Of a stretch of DNA of 64,000 nt, positions 28,320-42,080 are shown piece after piece. Source of the DNA: Eledone cirrhosa. Taxonomy: Eukaryota. The notes beneath the pieces were generated by a model that was not told where the DNA came from, did no database searches, and saw only the letters and a list, made by a program, of their open reading frames with translations. Where the stretch lies: assembly GCA_964016885.1 (NCBI GenBank), contig OZ024743.1, forward strand, positions 253,332,001-253,396,000, written 5' to 3'. Position numbers and translations under genes: made by a program. Each line of letters starts with the position of its first letter. Positions within the stretch are counted from its first letter, which is position 1.

Positions 28320-29790
28320 AGTTCAATTCAGTGTTCTGTTATACATGTATAGTTGTAACATGTATTGAATTGTAACATCCATATCTTCAAGTGTATGTTA
28401 TGGTATATACACATCCGTATCGTCTGAAAAAGTGTATGTCAGGTATATACACATCCATGTGAAGAGCAAGCAATCAGCTCATATCGAACACAGTATGTAC
28501 TGCTGTCCCATTGAGAGTCTGAGTCACCAAAACCGTGCGTGCAAGCAGCCTCAATGTAGGCCAACAAGGGGCTCCGTGTAGGGTTGGGTATTTGGGTTAA
28601 TGTGTCAGTAAGTGCGATTTCCGGTCAAATGGGCCCTTGGGCTTTTAAGATAGGTGTTTTAGTGGTGGAGGTGTGTTATCCAACACAAACGGTAAAGTAA
28701 ATAACAAAGAATAGTAAAACCCAGAGAATGTGTGTAAGCCCATTAATGGTGCGTAAGTATTATTGTTCAATCCGTAACTGTGAGCACTCTATGGTTATAT
28801 GATCACGGATCAAAACCTAGTGTAGTGTTCAATCAGTAGGAACGTGACCAGTCGCAACTGTGGGAACTCAATGTCTAAAGAAAACGGGTACTGTGGGTAG
28901 AGTTATGTATAGAGAGCGTAATCGGTCCTAACTGAGTGTACAATATGACTAGCAATATCCCAACCGCGAGAACTCAATGGTTAGGGTATCTTCAAGTAAA
29001 TGTAGATGCGCGTAATCGGTCTTGCCTGAGTGTGTAATCAATTACTAACTAGGTATATTGAGTGTGTAATCAATTCTAACTATTTACTAGCTAGGTATTC
29101 TAAAAGTGCACTCAGCCGTGACAACTCTGTGGAAACAAGTCAGGTACCGTTTGTAAGTGTGAAAATAATCTTAGCCGTCTAACTACCTGAGTGTGTGACT
29201 GTCTGTTTATTGAGAGAATTCTATGGCTAAAGTAGAGAGGGAGAAGTTAGAGGTAGGTTACTTTCTGAAAATCCTGCGGAAGGTTTTCGAAGTTCTATGT
29301 TGGCAATTGCTGAAAAAAATCAGCTCTCCTATTAATTAATAGGGGGCCGCCTCTAATAATATTAAAGGTTTCAGCTACACATAAATTGCAAACGCCAGTG
29401 CTGCCGTTATAAGGTTGGCCTGAGCAAATTATTGACCAGGATAAAGAGTGCTCTATATTCTGATGTTTAAGCTTCCAGACTAATTCAGAAAGCGCTGTGC
29501 TATTTTTTTAATCTTATCTATTAAAGGTATGGCGGTGATTATACCATATATCCTGAAATTCAGTGGCAGTTGCCCCAACATACTTGAAGGTTCTTACAGT
29601 CGTAGACTATGTTTTTGGTGAGGCATTTCCCAGACATGGGGCAGGTGGCGGTGCTCCTGCAGTTACATTTTTTGTTATCGACCTGGGTAATTACAGATGA
29701 ACCACGGTACCTTTGAGGTCAGGTCTCAATTACGGTCTACTCTATGGGTAAGTTCGGGGTTGGGTAGACCCGACTCGCCTCACGTGTATG
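28320..29790 (-). mobile_element. PLE fragment (Hydra-type GIY-YIG at ~29270-29690); boundaries approximate
   Basis: KCNCRSTATCPMSGKCLTKNIVYDC...YVGATATEF...YNH...STALSELVWKLK...LSWSII...CNLCVAE...LINRR...CQH. Confidence 0.8.
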
Positions 29791-29804
29791 AGTCCGTTCC
29801 TCCA

Positions 29805-30096
29805 TGGAGTTATAAAAGCCCACAGAAATGGAAAAAGTGAATGCATATTGACGTACATGGGACACGAACCTAGACCTCTAGCTACTATGGCCATAAACAA
29901 AAGCTGAAAATAGCTCTGTATCTTATATATATGTATTGATACACTATGGTTTTATAGCTTCGAATTTAAGGGAAATTTGTGTGTGACGTATTGCTGTAAT
30001 GGTAACATAATGGCCATAGTAACCAGAGATATGAGGTCCTGTCCCATGTAGGTCAATGCTCATTCATTTTTCCATTTGTGGGTTTTTATAACTCCA
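29805..30096. repeat. Diverged inverted repeat, ~90-bp arms
   Basis: tggagttataaaagcccaca...tactatggccat pairs with atggccatagta...tgtgggtttttataactcca. Confidence 0.7.
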
Positions 30097-30519
30097 AATT
30101 AATAGGCTAATTCACTTAGTCAAAATTTAATTTAATATCATGATTTTACAATTTGGTTTTATAAATCTAGTAAGTTCATTATTATCTTCGGTGGAGAGAT
30201 TTTTAAAGATTCCTGGTTAACTTTCCTATATATATACTTTTTGAATTTATTTTGCAAGGTTCCTTATCTGAAAACTTGTGTTGCGACAAAAATGTTAAAC
30301 ATTTGCAAAAAAAGAAAAAATTTGACAGAATGTATATTTATTTTAACATGCGGAGGGTTTGAATAGAGATCAATAAATATTTTACATGGGTGTGTGGAAA
30401 GACCTTTGATATACAATATAACGTAAAAAAAAGTAACATTGAATAAATGAAAAAAATCATCATCATCATCATCAATCAATTAATCAATGCCTTGTTGAAA
30501 TTATTGGCAAAATTTATTT

Positions 30520-30655
30520 CATTATACCTTGGAAGGGTCATACTCTCAAAATAAAGACACATTCACCTGTTGGTTTTCACTTCAATTTATTATAAATTTC
30601 TGGTTGGTTGGTTCGATAACCGGATGGTTGTTTATACAAGCTCTTTCGTCAGACA
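30520..30655 (-). mobile_element. Old fragment of the 46750 PLE family 3' end
   Basis: ttataccttggaagggtcat...ttcacttcaatttattataaatttctggttggttgg...ctttcgtca resembles 46750-46940. Confidence 0.7.
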
Positions 30656-32494
30656 TGAAGAATTTATAATGAATATGTCTCTTTGTTAAAACTCTAATGG
30701 AAAGCTCATAAAAAGGTGCCATGGCCACGTCTGATTAAACTGTACCATCCCCCTCCCCAAAAAAGAACATCTGAATACATTGAAAATTCATTAGATTAGA
30801 CCTGAGACCACGGCAGATATGAGTGTACTGAATGCGTGTTGTTTTTGTTGAAGGAGCTTAACTGTGGCATAGGTGCTGCCCTTTCCTCATAAACAGAAAA
30901 ATAGCAATAGAAATAAACTTTTGAATATTTCAGCCTGGCCATCATCCGAGGCCTCAAAAATCATTAGAGAGGTTGCCCAATACTCCTCGCGGCGCTGCTG
31001 TCTTTTGCTCTGGTGGTGACTCGGTTGTCCACCTCTTCCTTTATATTTTCTTTAATATTGCAACATTAAAGAAATATATCTGAAAGAATCGCGAGCAATT
31101 TATAATGTTATCTAAGCATTTGTAATGTTATTTATGTATATATTTAAAACATATTTGTTATGTTATTATGTAAATTTATTCATATGCTTTGTATATATCA
31201 TATGTGTTTATATTTTCACTCCCATTTGTAACATTATTTGATACATAAGAATATAAATATATCGTTGATAATAAAATCCTAAACATAAAAAAAGATAAAT
31301 TATTTTGAGCACATGACACAGAGATGTAACATGTGTACTTAATATTTTCTTGTTAATCAATTAACTGAAGATCCTTTAAAGGAGCATGAGCACAGCTCAT
31401 CTTCCTAATTAAGCTCCTCTCTCTCAAAACGCATCAACATATTTCGAAATGTAATCAAATTATGTTTGAGAACATGACATATAGCCGAGATAGTACAGTG
31501 AAGAATTTGTACTGTATATGCCGTGCTGTTAACCGTTTAGTTAAAGGTCCTAAAAATAAACACGCGCACTGTCATTCTTCCTCAGAACCGTCAAAATATT
31601 TTGAAATAACAGATTACTTTTGAACACATTGCACACAGAAAAGATAGTGCAATGAAAAATGAATATGTGTTGTTGTTAACCCTCTAGTTAGAGGATAACA
31701 AGAATATTTTTTTTCTCCACCAAGATGAGAATCAGAGCAAATCAATCATATGTAGGAGATGACAGTATAGTATAAGGGAATTCATTTGATACAAATAAAA
31801 ATGTATTCGTTTCCATACACGGAGTGGCCACGAACAGAAAGATCTGATATTCAATAGTTAATGTATTTCCCAGCTCAGCAGGATTTCAGAAATGGCTTGC
31901 AGGTTTTATATTGATATATAGCAACACCATCTGCCATTTCGGTGGTTCAACGTAACACTTAGTTCAGATGACACATTGGAAAAATAAATACAGCAATTTA
32001 GACGATGGTACATCAAAAATATAGCTATTCATACGATACGTCATAAAAACTCTAGCTATTAGACGGTGGTATATGAAAAATGTAGTTATTATATGGTAGT
32101 ACTTAAAACAATATAGGTGTCGAAATGGCAGAGCCGATAACCAGTCAGATAGGCTCTTTACGCTCTCAATTGAAATCTCTGAGGTCAGCTTTTCCTTTTA
32201 TTTCTTCAAGTTCGAGAAAAATGTAATTCATTCTCTGTATCTCTTTTTTATTCCCTCTCTTTCTCTCTCTCTCCTCTTTTTCTCTCTCCCTCCTCTCTTA
32301 CTCTTTCTTTCTCTTTCTTTCTCCCACTCCCTCTTTCTCTTTCTCCGGAAGAAATCAACTGTGTACAGACCTGCAGAGGTTAGGGGTTTAATTAGTTTTA
32401 AGATGCCCAAGAAATGCCGTATGTCATTATAATACCAGAGGTTGCGGGTCCATACGTATACGCATACATACATAGAAACATACATACATGCATG

Positions 32495-33100
32495 GTGGCT
32501 GCCAACTCGTTTTCGAGTACGGCCACTACTTTATATCCATGTAGGAGAACCCCTACCGATACGCTGAACGAGTGTGACTTTTTAGTCTAACCAGCGACTT
32601 CAAAACTCTGGTACAAACACTACACTTGTGACAATTATTGACACATAGTGCTGGGCCCATGGCACCATGTGACGACAAATGCAGAGAGATCTCCAGATAT
32701 AAAGCAATGCCTGTGCCGTGAAGCTTTTATAGTGAGCAAAGGCACTGCACAAAGCCAGTCCCACTCTCTTAACCAAGATGATATTTACCAAAAAGAAGAA
32801 CAAGTCAACATCATTGGATATCATCAGGGTTGCAGGTGTTATATCAGAGTTTTCCTTCTCCTAGAATTCTACCTTGACTAAGGCTAAGGGGTCATCTCTC
32901 CCGGTGATTTTGGATGGCCATTGACTCTTAAGAGCTCCTTTGACCTTTGACAGGTTTTGTTTTTAGTCCTGCAGGATGTCCAAAGTCACCCTCCTCACCA
33001 AGAAACCTTGGTGGGGTTGCCAGTTTAGTCGCCAACGACCCGACCATGAGACAGGTTGTACTGGGATACATGTTACCAGTAGCACCAACTGGTGACCTGA
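32495..33100 (-). mobile_element. Probable RTE-clade 5' UTR remnant
   Basis: Minus strand has ctaggagaaggaaaactctga, a motif I recall from RTE/Expander 5' UTRs. GC-richer block flanked by (CATA)n. No ORF. Confidence 0.45.
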
Positions 33101-34002
33101 CATACATGCATACCTACATACATACATTCATACTTACATGAATACATACAAATCTTGAAGAACTATCTACACACAACACTTGAAGAACATACCTACACTC
33201 AGGGCCGGCACTACCATATAAGCAAACTAGGCATCCACCTAGGGCACTGGATTCAAGGGGCGCATTTCTCCAAATCAACAACAATTTCGAAAAATTAATA
33301 AATACATTTCTGTTTTATTGAGGGTCGTTTTTTTATACTGGGCTCTTTCATCCAAGGAAAGATATTAGGGTAGATTCAGTCTTACCAAAACAAGCAAAAT
33401 AAGTGAGTGGAAATCGCGCGTATACGAACATTTCAGGACACAATTACACTCGCGTATTTTTTTATAGGCCACGAGATTTTCCGACAAAAACTTTTGGATA
33501 ATTTCTCTAATGTTGCTATTGCATCGAATATCCTTCTCACACTTATCAGTGTCAGTGGAAAGTGGTGAGAGTAGTTTCTCAAAGCTCAAACTTATAAAAT
33601 CTTACATTCACTCTACAATGTTGCAAGACAGACTAGTTGCCTTGACAACTATATCAATTGAAATTGCCCTGGCTTCATCACTTATTTAACTGAATTGGTT
33701 AAAAATTCTGTCGAGAAAAAGGCACGCAACATGAGATTTTGTGTGCATTTATCCCTCGGCAAAATTTGGTTTCAGGAGCGGTGGAAGCATTTCTGAATCG
33801 GGGGTGCAAAATTTGGATAATAAAATTTTAGTGATTATTTTGTCTCGTTGCACTCTAAAATGGTTAGAAAACTTCGATATGAGAAAAATATTACATATAC
33901 ATAAATTGTAGCGCATATCCAAATGGTTGTGTGTTTTGGTAGTTTGGGAGAGAAAGTATAATTATCGGAGTGGGACATGGCTCCCTCCAGTTCAACAGCC
34001 AC

Positions 34003-34099
<97 letters not shown>

Positions 34100-34484
34100 T
34101 TGTGTATATATATATACATATATATATATAATTTTCTAAACATGCCCAGTGCCTTTTCCTAAGGGGTTAATTCATCGAGCTTCTTCGCATTTGGTAAGAA
34201 GTTGGTAATATACCCAATTTATTCATCTCCTATATATACATATATATACATATAGTTATATATATATCTATATATATATACTGTGTATATCTTATTCTAT
34301 CTTTTCCTCGGTTACTCACTTGCATGTTCCATTCTTCTGTGTGCTCCCTCAAATCGGTTTGTCTACTTCGTATTTTCCTCTTTCTTTTATCCTCTTTCTT
34401 CCTCTTGCTTCATTATTTTTTCTTTTCTTTCCCTCATAGCCTTTTTATCGATAACGGGCCTTGGGTGTGGTGCTGATCGATTTC

Positions 34485-34542
34485 GATTTGCTGTTTTAAG
34501 CGTCGAAACATCTATGATCTGCAGTGAACAGCTGATGAAGGG
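34485..34542 (+). ncRNA. Candidate k-turn/pseudoknotted hammerhead-like motif, copy 2 (most diverged)
   Basis: gattt g ctgttt N7 c gaa acatc tat ga t ctgcag t gaacag ctgatga aggg. Confidence 0.4.
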
Positions 34543-34741
34543 GTTTTTCTCTTGTTTCGCCCATATTACCATCTTAAACTTTGTTTACCACACAGCCCGC
34601 TTCGTTTCTGGTAATTATATATATACATATATAATGTTTTCCTCTCTTTACGTTGCCTCACCATTCGGGTTTGTTTACCTGTCTCTCTTTCTCCACCCAA
34701 CTCTTTTTATCCCAATAACTCAATTTAATTACTGCATTACC

Positions 34742-34810
34742 CTAGCCGGAGGTATATGGTCTGTAATGCGAATTAATACCTATGATGGCTAGTAGACCAC
34801 TAATGACGGA
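34742..34810 (+). ncRNA. Candidate k-turn/pseudoknotted hammerhead-like motif, copy 3
   Basis: ctagcc g ga ggtat a tggtct N13 atacc tat ga t ggctag t agacca ctaatga cgga. Confidence 0.5.
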
Positions 34811-34885
34811 TAGTCCTGGTTTCTATTTCTAATTCTTCATTTTTATATATATCATATTTGCAACAACACAGCTCGCCATTTTTCA

Positions 34886-34943
<58 letters not shown>

Positions 34944-35499
34944 TTTATTATGGCTATTGGTGAGCTAGTCTCACCAGTATCACCAGTATCACCAGTCATA
35001 TATGGTGAGTACGCGGGTGAGATTCCAGAGTCATTTATTATTAGCCATAATAAAAATATAAGAAAACATTATTACCCATAATAAATGAATATTTAAACTG
35101 TACTTCGAGCTTTCATTCTTACGCCCGTAAATAATTCACGTATACTCATAACTTGAATAATCGTCCCCACCTCACGCTTATTAATTTGTCAGATCCCTCC
35201 AACCAGGTTTTTATTCCAGCCACCCACCCCCACCCGCTTATTAAATTTTGCTAATCTATCTGCGGCAAAATTTTATTGTAAGTGATTCATATTGTGACAG
35301 CAGATGGAGAAACTAATAATAATATATTTCATATTTAAAAATAAACACATAATATATGACAAAAGAAGAACATTACAAGAAATGCCATATTTAAGCACGT
35401 ACACTATACAATCATTGATTTCCCAAGCCCACTTCCATTAACTGGGACCTGAGAGTGCCACCAAAATCTCCTCCTTTCTATGTCTATCTCACAAAACTC

Positions 35500-36170
35500 A
35501 CTTTTAATCCCCCTCTCTGTATCTGCTAAAACCAAACTCTACCCCTCTCTCAATCTACCACGACACAGCCTCTCTCATCTAATACTAATACACTCTGACA
35601 CTATAAATATCTAGATTTATCTCTCCTAATCCCCCTCTGTATATCAATCACCCCCATACTCACACCCTCTCTATATCTACAACACAGCAGTCTCCCATTA
35701 TCCCTCTCTGTATATCTACAAGCACGAAATTCTCTCCATCGCTATATCAATTATCACAAAACTACCCCCTCTATATATCAATTACCACCAAACTATCCCC
35801 CTCTCTATATGTATCAATACCTATCTCTATCAATCCTCCCACTCTATTCATTACCACCAAACTCTCTCCTCTCTACAACAACCATACAACATACTCTCCC
35901 AATTCCCCCTCTCTATATCAATTAACACCGAATTCATCCCTTCTCTATATCTACTACACGGAACTCTCTTCAAATCCCTCTCCCTATATCAATAGACATA
36001 AATCTCTCTATATCTGATATACAACACACTCCCAATCCCCCTCTCTATATCTACCATAAAACACTCTCTCCCAATTCCTCTCTCTATATCAATTATCACC
36101 AAACTATCCCCCTCTCTATATCTACCATACAACACTCTGTCTCAATTCCTCTCTCTATATCAATTACCAC
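35500..36170. repeat. Degenerate ~30-bp minisatellite
   Basis: Recurrent ccctctctatatc(a/t)a..acc units. Confidence 0.7.
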
Positions 36171-37097
36171 TTAATATAGACGTGAATTACTTCGCTCCAG
36201 ACTTTTACGGATTATTGTCAAAAAAACTGTGAGTTTATTGCTCAATTTAATAGCATTGTTTAGTTTTTTACACGTCTTTTTAAATGTATGTAACCCCCCC
36301 CCCCCTTTGTATTTGTCCCAATCTTTGATGCCCTGGTGGCAAATAAATAGAAATTTATATCAATTAACATCAAACTCCCCCCCCCCCCACTCTTTATATC
36401 TATATCTCTCTCTCTCATCTGTTGCTACATAACATCTACATAAATTGTAGCGCATGTACAAATAGATGTGTTTCTGGTAGTTTGGGGAGAAAAATAGAAT
36501 TATTGGGGGCTCCACGTACCCCTCTACCCACGTTTTGCCAACCCGTCTGTTCATCTTACCATTATGCTGTTAGTTCATCACTATTGTCTATCTTTATGTT
36601 TGTTTATTTTTGTCTTAGTTTTGTAAATAAATTAATATCAAGTAGTGTTTTTTGGGTGGTGTACGGAAATTTGAGCACAGAGGGTTTCTTTAAATGTACC
36701 CTTGGTCTGTGCTCAAATGTTGAAAAGAATTTAAAAAAAGTTTATTGTTTATATATTTTGAAATTGATATTTTCCGGAAGGAAGGCACCCGAATCTAATC
36801 TTGCCTAGGGTGCCAGATAGCCTGGCGTCGGTGCTATCTACATACATATAATATAGCTATACAGATGATGGTTCTTCATGAAAAATACATCTATTTAGAT
36901 GGCGGTAGATCAAAATTATAGTTATGAAGCATCGATGTACATAAAAGATGATACTTTGAAAATGATGATGTTGACCTCACATGAACATAGCCAACTATCA
37001 TCTCAACAAATGACATGACTGTTTTAAAATAGCCGAATATTTTCTTTGTTACTGTTTCGTTTACCCTCAGGCAAGCATGAACAAAACATGTGTTAAA

Positions 37098-37280
37098 ATA
37101 ATTGTTTCTACTTTAAACACAAGGCCAGCAAATACCCAGTGCATTACCGGTACTTTTATTTTATCGACCCCGTAAGGATGAAAGGCAAAGTCAACCTCGG
37201 CGGGATTTGAACTCAGATCGTAAAGGGACGTAACTATGCTGGAAAGCATGGCGTCGACCCTCTACCAATACTGCCAATCC
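37098..37280 (-). mobile_element. tRNA-derived SINE
   Basis: Reverse complement of the SINE with A-box tggcagtattggtagag and B-box gagttcaaatccc. Confidence 0.85.
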
Positions 37281-37477
37281 AATGATGCTCATCATCATTA
37301 TCTTACTGGTAGTGGAGGTAGGGATGATGATGATGGTGATGATGATAATGATGATGATGATGATGAGGAGGAGGAGGAGGAGGAGGAGGAGGAGGAAGTC
37401 GGAGAAAGAGAAGGAATATAGGAATCTTCGTGACGACAGACAGAGTCGGATGAAAATAATACTGATAATTTCTACTG

Positions 37478-37542
<65 letters not shown>

Positions 37543-37778
37543 ATTAAGTTTCAGTATCTGATTCATGGCCCCTGTAAGCATGAATGGCGTTATCATCATC
37601 ACTTGATTTGAATTCATAAGACTGAAAAGGTAATCATTACTGGAGTCAGGACTATCACTTCGATAAAGAGGAAGAGCCAATCATCTCTGAAACATATGTA
37701 ACGTTCAATATGCAATACAAACATTTTAAAGTGAAACCCCGTTATCTCGTGTATATATATATATATATATGAACACAA

Positions 37779-37813
<35 letters not shown>

Positions 37814-38312
37814 TATATATGTGTGTGAGAGTGTGTGTGCGTGATTAGGTGTATGTATGTGTTGCTTATATGATTGTATGTGTGTGTTAATCGCTACTTG
37901 ATATCTAAAACATTATGAATGTAATGTAATGTTAAACCTGTATGAATGAGTTTTAATCCATTCATACTCCCATTCGTAACTGAATTAAATCTACTTATTG
38001 AATTACTTAAGTTACCACTTCAAATGGTTTCCGAGTCTCTTATAACATTCGCCGTAATTTGGTCGCTGTACCAACGTGTTCATTTACAATCCCATGAGTT
38101 GGATTTTTTTCTCAAAATATTTTACACCCAACACAGAACGATTTCTAAACTTCCCTTAATATTAAAGATTGCCTATTGCAATTAGATTCTCTCAAGTATA
38201 CTTTTGGTCTCCATACAAACGTCTTAACTATTTCGTGTTAACAAGATAATTTGCGTCATATATATATGCTTAGATATTAATATATATATATGGTTAGCTA
38301 TGAATATATATG

Positions 38313-38365
<53 letters not shown>

Positions 38366-39236
38366 GAATTTTTTAAGCAACCTTTTTAGTCCTTTCTTAC
38401 AACGCGAAGGGTTATGCTGTGCTTATTATAAACCAGATGCATATGGCCTAATATATGTATACAACGCTTGACTTTAGATGCACTTGGAAAATTCGAAATA
38501 TATGCATTGTAATACACTTTACCATAATAATCGATCACTATAACTAATATTTGAGTAAATCAGGTATGTTACAGCTAGAAACGGGTAGATTGGCCGGAGT
38601 CTCTACAATGACGCAGATATAAATGAACATTGGACCGAAAAGCAATGGAGCTAATCTATGTTTTCCGATTAATCAAATCTACAGCAGATTTTAATGTGCC
38701 AGCATCATATCAGGAGACCACATGAAAATAGGATATGATGTAAAATATACAGTGGAGAGAGTGAAGTACCTATCCACTTATATAATTTGGATTGACATTA
38801 CAGTATCTGGAATCACCGATTTATATCACTTGAGACTCGAAGACAGTTATTAAAAAACAAACGTACCCGATACCGTTGAAAGTCAAACTGGAAATACACA
38901 CATGAATGCAATATATTTATGCACTGTGGTGCTGCCTACTAAAAAGGAAATATTGTGCAATTTTATTTTTTACAAAGTCAAGCTCACAACATAAAAAAGA
39001 TCTAGAAATAGCTCTGACCTCGATTCCAAAGATTTGGAGGAATACATGGAGAATATCCAGGAAAAAATCCTTTGTGGAGGCTATTAGGGGGGTATGAATT
39101 AAAGAATATTCACATATTGCCGCATTGCACTGAAACAGTCGTCAAGGCTGTACATACAACATACTAGTTTATAGTGAAATTGATGTCTGAAAACACGTTT
39201 TTAACAAATTCATGCTTGAAAATGAGTATTAAATTA

Positions 39237-41213
39237 CACTGGTCAACAGCTAAAATGGTTCTTACATGTGAATATGTGCATCTTACTAATTTCATAGCAC
39301 CAAATTCAGTTTTGATATTCATTTTTTGCTTATCGGACCAGAATACCTTAATATGAGATCGAAAATATGTTCCTCGTATTGTATTATTTATCCATTGTGT
39401 AACATATGATGACTTAGATATAAACATATTAACTTATTAATAAAAATATATTAAAATATTTTTAGTTATTTTTTTAACACTTAGTATATTAACAAAACAT
39501 TTCTGAACAATGTTCTGAACATAACAAAATATTTCAAAACATTTCTAAAAAAATGTCTGGATTTTGCTTTTACGCTTGTTTTGCTGGCTCTCCTCACGTT
39601 GCAGTGTCCAGCAGTAGTCGCCCATCACGTTGGGATTGAACCGACCCTCATACCTACTCTCCATTGACCCTGATACCTACTCTCCATTATGGCAATGTCC
39701 TGGTGAAACCTCTCTCCATGTTCATCACTGATGTCTCCTAGATTACTTGGGAAGACATTCGTGAACCCAGAGCGCGATAATTTTGTATCATGGTTTCAAC
39801 AATTTCTTTATAGTTGTCTGCACGGTGGTTTCCAAGAAAGTTCTGTGTCACATCTACAAATGATTTCCATACATTAGTCTCCAAAGGGTTTAGTGTTTAC
39901 GTAAACTCACTATCATTAACCAGCATACGAATCTGAGGACCATTCAAAACCCCTGCTTTTAACATTGCTTCAGATGCCACTCTACCCAATTTCTTACACA
40001 AGTACTGAAACCCATTACCTGTATGACCCATGCTTTTAATAAAGTTTTTGGCCAAGTCTAATTTGAGATGTAATGGAGGAAGGAATACTTTTTCTGGATC
40101 CACGAGAGATTTGTACAAACAGTTGAATCTACCGGGTGCATCCTTTGGTCTAGTTGGCCAATCCTTCTTCATGTAGTGCTCCGCATCTGCTCTACTATTC
40201 CACAAACATAGAAAACACATATGCTTTGTGTAACCAGTCTGAAGACCTAGAAGTCGACTAATTAAGTTGTTTATGACGATGACGAGTGGTTGTAATGCGG
40301 ACGCCAGGTTCCAGCAGGTTTCGTTGCTTCAGTCTTGATCCCAGTATCTCTGCCTTTTCTTTAGACAAATGTAGGTCTCTAATGAGATCGTGAAGTGCTT
40401 CCTCGTTAAATGGTATGGGTTCACTTGTCTCATGTTCGTCTTGATAGTCATCATCAATAGGGGTGCTACTGGAATCAGAATCAGAGATTAGCTCGTGTTC
40501 AGCAGGTGGAACTAGAACAGGTAATTCGTCACTGTGAGGTACTGGTCGGATTGCTGACGAGATATCGGGGTATTGAAGTGTAGTTCGTGTCTTCACAGTT
40601 ATTCCTTGGATGTTTATATGGCAGAAGTAGCAATCGTTATTGTGGTCTTTTGGTTCTCGCCACACCATTGGTATGGCAAATGGCAAACCAGAGCTTCGTT
40701 TCCCATTCTTCCATTCACTTAGGTGATTAACACATGACCTACACGCTATATGAGGCGCCCATTTCTTGTCCTGGTCTCCTAATGGACATTTGAAGTAGCA
40801 TTTGTAGTTTACTCGAACTGATTTTGTGATTGGTTTCATTATGCTTTCTGGGTTAAAGTGTCCACAAATATAGCAAAATCGGTCCGGGTCATTTACACAT
40901 TTCCGGCGTTCCATCTCTCCCACTAGTCAAGGTTGTTGCGAATTATCCAAGAATAGTTGAGGATAGTTACAATTCTGTGATCTGAAACAAAAGCACTAAC
41001 TATAAATTAGTTAACTAAATATAGTGGATACAATTGGGTGAAGTAATATGAGCCACATAGCTATGGGTCATAAACATGGATATCCTGGTTCTCGAAAACT
41101 AGACCAGATACAGCTTAACCGTTGTCATATTCAGATTCTGCACATGTGATTACCCTAGAATCATACCAAATTATACCAGAACCATGAAATGAATATTCTT
41201 TTGTCGACCAATG
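39237..41213 (-). mobile_element. Chapaev3-type (CMC) DNA transposon, internally deleted
   Basis: TIRs cactggtcaacag / ttgtcgaccaatg, flanked by TTA and TAA (TWA). Transposase fragments lie inside. Confidence 0.8.
39590..40923 (-). pseudogene. Chapaev3 transposase, fragmented
   Basis: RKCVNDPDRFCYICG, WAPHIAC, PMVWREPKDH..DCYFC, CFLCLWNSR, FLPPLHLKL, GPQIR, FLGNH, SDEHGERFHQD. Confidence 0.8.
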
Positions 41214-41239
41214 TAATATTTCTAGTTTAAATTCATTTT

Positions 41240-42080
41240 TGTTTAAAATTGTAGCGTAGTAATAAACACCCATTATTTTATTTTTCTCCACGTCATTGTC
41301 TTGTGGACAAGCCATGTCACATATATAAAATTTCTTTGTGCGTTTCAACTCAAGTGGTAGATTTCGCTGCTTTTTCGTATCTTACACTCCAAAATTTCAG
41401 ACTTTGACGTGTCCTTTTCTTACACCTCACATCTCTCCCGTTTACCTTTTTAAAGCAAATTGCACTTCTGTTGAAAATCCCTGTCCTTATTCACATGCCA
41501 AAGCAAATACCATAGAGATACTCTTATGCATCCTTAGGCACTCGCTTCTAGTTACTATCTTATAACCAGATGCTAAACTGTGAACTGTCTCATTTTGCTC
41601 CATGAACAATCTACACTTCACCGTTTCTGTTGGTAGGCTTCTACTGATCTTTCATACCTTCGTCTCCACTATAAGTTCCTGTATGTTCGTTATTGTTGCT
41701 GTCTTTCCCAGATTCAAATCGCTTTCAATCCACTTATTACTCCTTTTGCTTTGCATATGAAATCCTGGACTTTCCCTTTTCTTCATTCGATAAATTTGAA
41801 TCTTCTCTTTCTACAATATCCATTTTTCTCGTTGAAATTCTCCCAGCATTCCTTCCAGCTCCCTTCAAACAGCTATCATCTTCAATGTACATCTGATAAT
41901 CAGAGAACTTGATATCTAAACACATTGAAAGGGAGTATTAAAACATATTTCGAGTTTACCTACATTTTTGTTTAGGCTTTTCTGGTATTTCCGCTTTTCA
42001 CTTAAACGATTGTATTTAAACTATAATTATCATTTTTTGAAACTTCCTTTGAATCCTCTTTTTTCCCAGACCATGCCGAG
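41240..42080 (-). mobile_element. Decayed RLE-type non-LTR retrotransposon 3' fragment
   Basis: FYICDMACPQD resembles the restriction-like endonuclease region. Heavily disrupted. Confidence 0.45.

Larger units (their letters stand above)
33199..36835 (+). mobile_element. Internally deleted hAT transposon with nested insertions
   Basis: ~33495-33670 encodes NVAIASNILLTLSVSVESGESSFSKLKLIKSYIHSTMLQDRLVALTTISIE (hAT dimerization domain). Termini cagggccggcac...cctagggc and gcctagggtgcc...gtcggtgct; the right end is tentative. Confidence 0.65.

Noticed and set aside
34742-34810. SECIS element or box C/D snoRNA reading of the AUGA/GA motif
   Set aside because: The strand order is reversed relative to SECIS, there is no box C and D pair flanking a guide, and the pseudoknot helix would be unexplained.
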